Below are positions 56,710 to 64,000 of a stretch of 64,000 nt of DNA, piece after piece; the first letter of the stretch is position 1, and each line of letters begins with the position of its first letter. Source of the DNA: a virus. Both the position numbers and the translations under genes were made by a program. The notes beneath the pieces were generated by a model. The model was not told where the DNA came from. It ran no database searches and was given only the letters and a program-made list of their open reading frames with translations. The DNA lies in IMG/VR virus record IMGVR_UViG_3300042090_001278, positions 3,203-67,202 of that record; one strand, 5' to 3'.

Positions 56710-58652
56710 GTGAGTTTGATCCCCTTGTACGCCGATCGCGCGGCGCTCTCGTCGTCGTAGGTCGTTGTGCGATCGTCAGCGTCGCCGTCCTCGCCCATTG
56801 ACCACCATCCCTCATTGACGAGCCAGAGCGTTTGGATCTCACCGTCTGTCGTGACCACTTCGAGCCTGTTGATCCGCTTGGTTGTGCCGCTGTTGCCTCT
56901 CGATTTCTCGGCTTCGTCGATCTTGGTATCCGATGTGACGGCCGCGATTTCGGGGCGCTTGGTCGTTTTCCTGATGGCCTCGAGTTTCCGGTCAGTTGCC
57001 GCAGCCGTCGCGCGGTTTCGGTAGGACTGCGCGGCGATCTCGATGTCGTCCTCGGTGAGGGTGCTGATGTCAATGAGTTTGCTGTAGCTGGTGTATCCGA
57101 TCGACATCGAGGCAAATAGCCGGCCGTCGGGATGTCGATAGAAATGGGGGTAGGTGGTCGTGTTGTGCAGGTGCATGACGGCATCGGTGAGGTTGGGGTC
57201 GATGTCGGCACGTCCCAGGTGAGTGAGAATCGCGGGTTCGACGCCGGCGACCTCGGCGGCGGGCAGTTCGTAGCGCGCGTATTCGTCCCGGATCAGCCAC
57301 TCGGTTGATGTCGCGATGTCGATATATCGCTGCTGACCGTCGCGGTCGATCAGGTGCAGCCATGGATAATCATCAACTGGGATGTTACCGGCCGGGGCTC
57401 GCCTGCCGATTGCGCGCAGTACCTCGCGTGCTGCGTCGACCTCGCCGCGCAGCTCGGCCATGTGTCGATAGTGCTCGTTGGCCCAGGAGTCGATGACGCT
57501 CGCGGGTGCGTAGCGCGTCCCGGTTTGACGATCGAGAAAAACGGCCGTTCCGTCCGCGAGTTCGGCGCGCGCCGTTTCGGCGTCGGCCGTGGGCCAGTTG
57601 GTCCAGGCGTTCCATGTCATGAGGCTCGACGGTGGATGCATTTTGGTTGCGGTGAGGCGCGAGGTCGCGGATTCGAACGAGATTGTCGATACGCGGTAGG
57701 CGTCGAGGTCCGCGCGCCAGGTCGGAGCGACGCGGTCCATGAATGCCTGCCGCGCGTCGTCGAAGGGGAATCGGTAGCCGAGCCCGTGGCTGGTGTTGGT
57801 GTCGGCCCAACAGTCGCCGTCTGCGCTGTTGTTGTGGCAGTACCAGATGTAGCCGCCGGCGCCGTCGATGACCCATCGCGCAAATCCCTTGCCGTCCGGG
57901 TCCTCGATAACGATGCCCTGGAGTTTGTGGGCGTTGCCGTCGTCCGCGAATGAGTATTCCGCGCCCGATTCTTTCGTGTGTGCAAAAAGTTGATGCTGCT
58001 CGTCCCGGAGCGCTCTACGCTCGGCTTGCGCGGCTTCGCTGGCCAGGAGCGGGGCGGATTCTTCGTCCGTCGCGAGCCGAGCGGCGTAGGAATAGAGATA
58101 GCCCTCCTCGTCGCCAACGCCAAACGACATGCCGTCCTCTCTGATGTACTGTGATGTGCAGTCGAGGATGACGACGATCTGACTTTCGTCGCGAGGATTC
58201 CGCATGACCGTGCCGGCGGCGATGTAGTCGCCGCCGTAGTGCTCGCCGCGTGAGAACCGGATGGCGTCGGCCGGGACAGCGGCGGTCTGTGCGGCTGCCT
58301 CGCGGCGGATATCGTCCTTGGTGACGATCTTGCCCTTGCGTCCGCAGTTGGGGCAGAGTAGGTCGTTACCGGTGCGCACAAACACGCACTGGGAATAGGT
58401 CTCTGGCTTGTCCTTGTCAAAACCGGGGAGCTTTTTGCAGCAAACGCAGACGATGGGCTGGTTGGTGTAGCCACCGGTTTGCACTGGCTCTCCGCCAGGC
58501 TCGGCGGCGTCGAGGCGGATGGTTACATATTCACCGTAGGCCGAGGATGCCGATCCGGCCAGCTCCCAGCCGCTCGCCCCCTTGATGATCTCAGCGCCGG
58601 CTTTGTAGTTGCGACCTGTCCTTGCGCACGTTCCGCCAAATCTTGCTCTCAT
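56706..58652 (-). CDS. Large hypothetical early protein
   Basis: M.ARF.G.C..TG start, zinc ribbon, GGAG RBS. Confidence 0.65.
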   Translation of the reverse strand: MRARFGGTCARTGRNYKAGAEIIKGASGWELAGSASSAYGEYVTIRLDAAEPGGEPVQTGGYTNQPIVCVCCKKLPGFDKDKPETYSQCVFVRTGNDLLCPNCGRKGKIVTKDDIRREAAAQTAAVPADAIRFSRGEHYGGDYIAAGTVMRNPRDESQIVVILDCTSQYIREDGMSFGVGDEEGYLYSYAARLATDEESAPLLASEAAQAERRALRDEQHQLFAHTKESGAEYSFADDGNAHKLQGIVIEDPDGKGFARWVIDGAGGYIWYCHNNSADGDCWADTNTSHGLGYRFPFDDARQAFMDRVAPTWRADLDAYRVSTISFESATSRLTATKMHPPSSLMTWNAWTNWPTADAETARAELADGTAVFLDRQTGTRYAPASVIDSWANEHYRHMAELRGEVDAAREVLRAIGRRAPAGNIPVDDYPWLHLIDRDGQQRYIDIATSTEWLIRDEYARYELPAAEVAGVEPAILTHLGRADIDPNLTDAVMHLHNTTTYPHFYRHPDGRLFASMSIGYTSYSKLIDISTLTEDDIEIAAQSYRNRATAAATDRKLEAIRKTTKRPEIAAVTSDTKIDEAEKSRGNSGTTKRINRLEVVTTDGEIQTLWLVNEGWWSMGEDGDADDRTTTYDDESAARSAYKGIKLT

Positions 58653-59012
58653 GGTTGTCTCCTGTTGGTGTATGATCTAGATGTCCCTGTTGGGACCGCC
58701 GGGCTTGGCTTCTAAACTTGCCCGGCGTTTTCTCTTATGATTCATGTTACCACATTTCAAACGATATATCAATGATTTTTGTTAACATTATCAGCTCGTG
58801 ATAATGCCCCTTTCCACGAGTGCGTATGCGCGCATGCGCATCGTTTCGCACAGGGTCAAGCATACTGATAATTTGATGCTCGGTTTTGGGCTGGTCTAAG
58901 ATGGGATATGGACTGCTTGCGCGGATTTTCTGGGCGCGCCGGCGGCTGCAATTCCGGCGTTCGCGTGGCATCGAAACGCACAATGTGCGTTTCGATGCGT
59001 TTCGCACAGGGC

Positions 59013-59246
59013 CTAATCGTTTCGCACATTGAGTGCCGGGGACAGGTCCCTGATGGCTCGCTCGATCTGCTCGCCGTCCGTGGAGCCATAGGTCGCGAGG
59101 ATGTCGGCGACCTCTTGCGAGACGCGCCCGGACTTGAGCACGCGGCAGGGAGCAGATCCCGCGGCCTTGCGTCCGCTGCCTGGCGTTTTCGGATCTCCGC
59201 GCTTCACTCCTCGCGGCTTGACGTCCTGACTGTTTACTCGTGGCAT
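59013..59246 (-). CDS. Small DNA-binding-like protein
   Basis: KTPGSGRK arm; AAGG RBS region. Confidence 0.45.
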   Translation of the reverse strand: MPRVNSQDVKPRGVKRGDPKTPGSGRKAAGSAPCRVLKSGRVSQEVADILATYGSTDGEQIERAIRDLSPALNVRND

Positions 59247-59277
59247 TGTGTTACCTTTCGCTAGTCATTCTACCGCG

Positions 59278-59309
59278 AAAAGAAAAGCCCGGTCAATGGG
59301 ACCGGGCTT
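59278..59309 (-). terminator. Rho-independent terminator after DUF932
   Basis: AAGCCCGGTC / GACCGGGCTT with U-tract on minus strand. Confidence 0.65.
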
Positions 59310-59321
59310 GAAGTCGACTGC

Positions 59322-60137
59322 TTAGGCGGTTTTGAGCTGCGCCATTTTCTCGGCGAGGGTCCAGAGTGCGCGGTTGAGCCGTACGTCCTGGTCGATGCCC
59401 TTGACCGGCCGGGTGGTGACGCGGCGGTAGTCGTGCTCTCGGCCGGCATGCGCGCTGAGCCCGCCCCGAATCGCGTTCTCTTGCACGCGGTTGAAGGTGT
59501 GCCAGAGATCATCCGCGCGGTCCTCGTTGCGGCGCGCACGGAGCATCTGGGCGGCCTGGATGGGGGTGTCTATCTTGCCGTCGCTGTCCGCGAAGCGCAG
59601 CTCGTGCGCGGCCTCGGCGAATACCTGCTGCTCGGGAGCCGAGAGCCGCAGGGCTTGCCAGTCCTGGGACACGTCGAGCGCCCGCGTCACGCCCTGCATG
59701 ACGCTGAAACTGCCCTCGATGACATCGTCGACCACGTTGCCGGTGTGCCGCACGCTGATCGATCCGCACATCGAGTCGGCGACGACCATACCGTTGAGGC
59801 ACACGAGCCGAAATATCCCACCCATCAGCTTGTAGGCCGAGGTCCCGTCGTGGCTGTTGATGACAACGAGCTCGGGGACGCTGTCGCCGACGGCGACGTC
59901 CTGGGCGGATGCGTGGCGGAAGCGGAGCATGTGCTTTGTGAACTCCGACTTGCCTTCGATGCGCGAGCTGCTCTGTGTGGCGCGGACCGGCAGGAAGTCG
60001 TTTGCCATCAGGCCTTCGACGACGGTCGAGGTTGGAATGTAGGTGTAGCGGCTTGACCGGCTCTCGTGCGGCTGATCGGCGAATACGGATGGGGCGATTG
60101 ATCGAATGCTGTCCATGGTTAGCGTCTGCGTTCTCAT
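59322..60137 (-). CDS. DUF932 domain protein
   Basis: APS.FA...H.SRS.RY..IPT, KHMLRFR, INSHDG.S, G.FRLVC.NG, DLW..FNR.QEN, LN.ALW. Confidence 0.92.
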   Translation of the reverse strand: MRTQTLTMDSIRSIAPSVFADQPHESRSSRYTYIPTSTVVEGLMANDFLPVRATQSSSRIEGKSEFTKHMLRFRHASAQDVAVGDSVPELVVINSHDGTSAYKLMGGIFRLVCLNGMVVADSMCGSISVRHTGNVVDDVIEGSFSVMQGVTRALDVSQDWQALRLSAPEQQVFAEAAHELRFADSDGKIDTPIQAAQMLRARRNEDRADDLWHTFNRVQENAIRGGLSAHAGREHDYRRVTTRPVKGIDQDVRLNRALWTLAEKMAQLKTA

Positions 60138-60266
60138 TGTCGTTGTCTCCTCGGTTTGGTAAAGTTTGGTTACGTAATGTAACCTTACGATACCAGTATA
60201 GCACCGATGAGTCGGGATGTCAATAGCGTAACGTGACATTTCGCAAAATTACTGAAAATAGTTTCG

Positions 60267-60324
60267 TAATTGCGTCTGACCGCAATAATTGCGTCTGACC
60301 GCAATAATTGCGTCTGACCGCAAT
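60267..60324. repeat. 3x19-bp tandem, each with palindrome ATTGCG-N6-CGCAAT
   Basis: TAATTGCGTCTGACCGCAA x3 in a divergent intergenic region. Confidence 0.9.
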
Positions 60325-60810
60325 CCGGGTACACTCTGGTTGCATCATAGGGCGCCAGTTACGCGGCGTCCAATAGGACGCGCGCCGGTACGGGGTCTCC
60401 ATCTCAGCTCAGCCCGGCGCGCGATCCTCAGAATCGGAATCGGAATGGGACGAATAGGACGTAGGGGACCGATACGACGCCAGTCGGGTGGTCACACCCT
60501 AACGGCGTTCCGACCATTCCGCCGACAGCCCGCACTCACAGGAGCCGCCTTGCCCGATTACGAGCAACCTGAGTTCGTCGACCATGGGCCGGCAGGCCGG
60601 TGCGACAACACGCCCTACGTCGACCGCGGCCGCTGGTCCGGGCCGAACAGCGCGATCGGGACCGCCGAATCCGATGACGAGCCCCCGTCGTCGACATATC
60701 GCGATCGGCGCGGCGGCGACGGTCTGACGGAGTCCGGCCGGAGCGCGGCGACGACGCTCATCAACCTACTACGCGGTATCGAGCAACGTCTCGAGAAAAT
60801 AAAAAACACC

Positions 60811-61302
60811 ATGGCAACACAAGCACAACTCGCGGCGGTCGAGGCTACGCTGACAAGCGACTTTGCGTCCCTCAGCACTGGCGTACAGATTATAATTTCC
60901 GACCTTGTGGCTGCTCAGGCCGGGGGTGGGACTGTACCGCAGTCGTCGATCGACGGCTTGACGGCGCTCGATACCGGCATCAAAGCGTTGGCGGCGAGCG
61001 TTTCGGCCGCGACGGGCGGATCGAGCAGCTCGCCGGCGCCAGGGCCGGCGGCGTCGGTGCTGATCACGCCGTCGACGGCAACGCTGGTGCCCGGCGAGCT
61101 GCAGGCGTTCGTCGGCTCGGTGGTCGACTCGGTTGGCCTCTCGGTCGTTCCCCAGCCGACTCTGTCCTGGTCGGTGTCGGCCGGCGCGGTGTCGACGGTC
61201 GACCAGAGCGGCAATTTGACGGCCGGCGCCACGGCGGAGTCGGTAACGGTGTCGGCGACGGATGGCGCGCTGGTCGGATCGGCCAGCGTGAGCGTGAGCT
61301 GA
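60811..61302 (+). CDS. Protein with C-terminal Ig-like (Big_2-type) domain
   Basis: SVLITPSTATL..G....F..W.....V.TVD..G...A; start could be upstream (TTG 60550). Confidence 0.6.
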   Translation: MATQAQLAAVEATLTSDFASLSTGVQIIISDLVAAQAGGGTVPQSSIDGLTALDTGIKALAASVSAATGGSSSSPAPGPAASVLITPSTATLVPGELQAFVGSVVDSVGLSVVPQPTLSWSVSAGAVSTVDQSGNLTAGATAESVTVSATDGALVGSASVSVS

Positions 61303-61414
61303 CAGGGGGATACCCCGCGTCGTCTGGCGCAAAATCTGATCGAGGCCGCAGCCGCCATATCGGGAGCCGAGTCGGTGCATCGGCTCCTCGGTCGGCACGG
61401 ATTGTGAGGCAACT

Positions 61415-61570
61415 ATGTCGCTGCTATATCTGGTCTGCGTGATTCTGGTGGTGCTGTGGCTGCTGGGGTTCGCGCTGCATTTCGGCGGTGGACTGATTCA
61501 TCTGCTGCTCGTGGTGGCTGTGCTGGTTTTTCTGTACGAGATCATCAGCGGCCGGAGGCAGCGGTTGTGA
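61415..61570 (+). CDS. lmo0937-like small membrane protein
   Basis: Translated by hand: VILVVLWLLGF...GGLIHLLLVVAV....IISGRR. Confidence 0.8.
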   Translation: MSLLYLVCVILVVLWLLGFALHFGGGLIHLLLVVAVLVFLYEIISGRRQRL

Positions 61571-61830
61571 GCGCCTGCTACTGGATCATGGGGACCAGCT
61601 CCAGCAGCTCGCAGACCGTCGCCGCGCAGCCGCCGCGGGTCCGCTACGGCGTCGACGTGCGCCTCTCCTATCTGTGCTGGTACTGGGAGGTCGTCGACCA
61701 CCTAGGCTATGTGCTGCAAACCGGATCGGCGATCACGGACACGGAGGCGACCACGTCGGCGGAAGAGTGGATCGAGTCGGTGCGGAGCGCAGCTTTGGTC
61801 GACAGCCGGCCTGTGTACGACGGCAGCTGA
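61567..61830 (+). CDS. Hypothetical protein
   Basis: GTGA overlap, GGAGG RBS. Confidence 0.5.
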   Translation: MSACYWIMGTSSSSSQTVAAQPPRVRYGVDVRLSYLCWYWEVVDHLGYVLQTGSAITDTEATTSAEEWIESVRSAALVDSRPVYDGS

Positions 61831-62064
61831 TGACGCGCGGATAAGACCGGTATTTGCGCCGGCGCTTATGACTCTGCATTTCGTGGTACAGTAGAGATAA
61901 CAATGCGCCTCAGTTATGTTGCGAGTTGCGACCTCACGGATGGGAGCCGGCCACCGACTACCGCGCCGTCGCGCTAAGAGCGCCGCAATTTCGCGCCGAA
62001 GGTGCGACAAGAATTCTTAGAATCCAAGCACACAGACCGTCACTCGCCACCACGCCATGAAGAG

Positions 62065-62096
62065 ACAGCCATCCGGGAAACCGGATGGCTGTTTTG
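62065..62096 (+). terminator. Terminator-like hairpin
   Basis: ACAGCCATCCGG-GAAA-CCGGATGGCTGT-TTT. Confidence 0.7.
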
Positions 62097-62207
62097 ATTC
62101 GGGATTAGGACAGGATTCAGGATTTAGGAATGGGTCGAATAGGACTTATGGGTCTTATGTGACAATTCCGCCGACCGGACGACCTCTCGCTGATTTTCCT
62201 CACCAAG

Positions 62208-62540
62208 ATGAATCCCACGCAAGCAAAAATCAACAGGGCAAAGCAGTCGACGCAGGCTCGGTCGTCATGGGATGGCATGCCAGAGCACCACATGGCATCG
62301 ACGCGGACGACGCGGATCGACATGCCGCTCGCCGGCGACTTCACCCGCGAGGATTACGAGCAGATTGCGGAGCAGCTCAAGATGGATTTGCGGAGTGTGG
62401 CGGATGGTCCTCAGTACGACAAGTCCGGTCAGTTGCTCGCGAACGAGCGACGGCCCGGCGGCAGGAACTTTGAGCCGCGCGGTTATGAGCGCAACACGAA
62501 GCGCGACTACTACAGCGAGCCGGTCAATTGGATGCAGTAA
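62208..62540 (+). CDS. Hypothetical protein
   Basis: 110-aa ORF with typical codon usage. Confidence 0.5.
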   Translation: MNPTQAKINRAKQSTQARSSWDGMPEHHMASTRTTRIDMPLAGDFTREDYEQIAEQLKMDLRSVADGPQYDKSGQLLANERRPGGRNFEPRGYERNTKRDYYSEPVNWMQ

Positions 62541-63649
62541 CCGACCGGAATGTGACGAATGGGACATATACGACAGGAGTCCAGACGACACAGCAAGACC
62601 TTATTGCCATCCATCCCTTGACTGTCGCGCAAGCGGTCCTCGACCGGATGGCGGGTTCGCGCTCGGAGGCCACGCGGCGGGCCTACGCGGCCGATCTCCG
62701 GCTCTTCTTCGCGTTTCGCGGCGTGGATGTCTCGCCGGCCGCTGTGGGCGCTCTGTGCGAGCTGTCGACGGCCGAGATGGCGATGGCGCTGAGCGCGTAC
62801 GCGGAAAGTCTCAGAGGTCCTCAGAATGGGACTGATGGGTCGAATGGGACGGATACGACAATTCCGCGGACTGGAAAAGGTCTGTCGCCGGCGACGATCA
62901 ACCGGCGATTGGCGGCGATCCGGTCGCTGCTGCGGATCGCGCGGCGGTTTGGCCTGACGAGTGTCGACGTTGGCGGCCTGGTCGACAGCGAAAAGGCGCG
63001 CAAGTACAAGGACACGCGCGGCCCGACCCTGGTCGAGGTTGCGGCGGTGATGGCGGCGGTCGATCGGTCGACGCTGGCCGGCAAGCGGGACTATGCGGTT
63101 TTGCGGCTGATGTGGGAGAACGCGCTGCGGCGGGGGTCGATCAGCGCGGCCAATATCGAGGACTATGATTCGAAGGCTCGCAAGCTGTCGATTATCACCA
63201 AGGGGCACGCGCGGGATCCTCGAACGATCACGCTGACAAAGTCGTGCACGGTGTCGATCGACGCTTACCTCGAGGCCAGGACCGGCGGGGGAGTGCTGCT
63301 GGCGGACGGAACGCGGTCGGCGGGACGGCGGCTTGCGAACGGCGAACCGCTGTTCGCGAACCTCAAGAATGGCACCGGCGAGGCACAAGATGTTGAGGCG
63401 CGGCGGCTGCGCGGCGACGGTCTGTACTACACCTTGAGACGATATGGAGCGCAGGCACTGGAGCGCAAGTTGTCGCCGCACATGATGCGGCACTCGTCGG
63501 CGACGGCCTACCTCGACGCGTCGGGCGGCGACACGCGGGGCGCGCAGGCTCTGACCGGGCATGTCGACCCGAGGACGCTACAGATTTACGACGACAATCG
63601 CAAGGACTTGCAGGGCGCGGCGAGCGAGGCGATTAGCAAGCTGGCTTAA
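62528..63649 (+). CDS. Tyrosine recombinase (XerC-like integrase/resolvase) with in-frame family A insert; start uncertain
   Basis: T.RAY..DL, GLSPATINRRL, RDYA.L...LRR, K in TKG, H.MRH, GH and Y in IYDD. Confidence 0.9.
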   Translation: MDAVTDRNVTNGTYTTGVQTTQQDLIAIHPLTVAQAVLDRMAGSRSEATRRAYAADLRLFFAFRGVDVSPAAVGALCELSTAEMAMALSAYAESLRGPQNGTDGSNGTDTTIPRTGKGLSPATINRRLAAIRSLLRIARRFGLTSVDVGGLVDSEKARKYKDTRGPTLVEVAAVMAAVDRSTLAGKRDYAVLRLMWENALRRGSISAANIEDYDSKARKLSIITKGHARDPRTITLTKSCTVSIDAYLEARTGGGVLLADGTRSAGRRLANGEPLFANLKNGTGEAQDVEARRLRGDGLYYTLRRYGAQALERKLSPHMMRHSSATAYLDASGGDTRGAQALTGHVDPRTLQIYDDNRKDLQGAASEAISKLA

Positions 63650-63825
63650 TGCAGATTAGGAATGGGCCGAATGGGCCTTAGGGGACATATCGCTGTGGCG
63701 CGGGTCGAGACTGCGCTGGCAGTCGGCCTGACTCCGAGGAGCGGTTATGCGCGTCCGCGAGGCGATGGCTGCCGCAAAGTCGCGACCTTGAGTGATATTG
63801 CGCAATTGCGCAATAGGACAACATC

Positions 63826-64000
63826 ATGATGATAACTCTTTTGATCGAAGTGCTGATTGCGGCGTGCGTGTTCGCCCTGTTCTACTACGTCCTGGGGCTG
63901 ATTCCGGGGCTGCCGGCCTGGGCGAGGCCTGTGTTTGTGCTGGTGGCGCTGATTATCGTTTTGCTCTGCTTCCTGCAGGGTGGTTGCGCGGGCTTGGGGA
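63826..64000 (+). CDS. Small two-TM membrane protein (3' truncated)
   Basis: MMITLLIEVLIAAC..YYVLGLIP.LP; AGGA RBS. Confidence 0.6.
   Translation, partial: MMITLLIEVLIAACVFALFYYVLGLIPGLPAWARPVFVLVALIIVLLCFLQGGCAGLG

Noticed and set aside
60289-60810. Long N-terminal extension of the Ig-domain ORF
   Set aside because: The part before 60550 reads through the 19-bp tandem, family A and C-like elements; better starts at 60550 or 60811
1-64000. Terminase, tRNA, transposase or att site
   Set aside because: No recognisable Walker A terminase, cloverleaf, HUH/DDE transposase or host-phage junction found by eye; they may lie outside the window

Overview
The window is a ~64 kb segment of a high-GC tailed dsDNA phage or prophage with P22/podovirus-like organisation; it may be a phage-plasmid, and the host cannot be identified from the sequence. 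Left to right: SGNH-domain and other virion/secreted proteins; portal, scaffold and major capsid; a methyltransferase plus two glycosyltransferases; two head-tail adaptors; a sigma-28-like factor; tail nozzle; ejection proteins including a 3177-aa polyvalent protein; tail fibre; an O-acyltransferase; a GH25 endolysin; an early region with a Rad52-like annealing protein and HNH; a DnaA_N-RepA_C replication initiator with iterons; DUF932; and a XerC-like tyrosine recombinase. I saw no terminase, tRNA or CRISPR array. The most striking signal is about ten distinct families of short (24-70 bp) dispersed elements, roughly 50 copies counted by eye. They lie between genes and in-frame inside unrelated proteins (scaffold, sigma factor, recombinase, glycosyltransferase, Rad52, ejection proteins), nest into one another with short target duplications, and two families occur on one strand only. 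A second signal is codon-diverse poly-serine tracts in virion proteins near the glycosyltransferase cassette, suggesting virion glycosylation. All protein calls come from motif recognition and gene order, not database searches.
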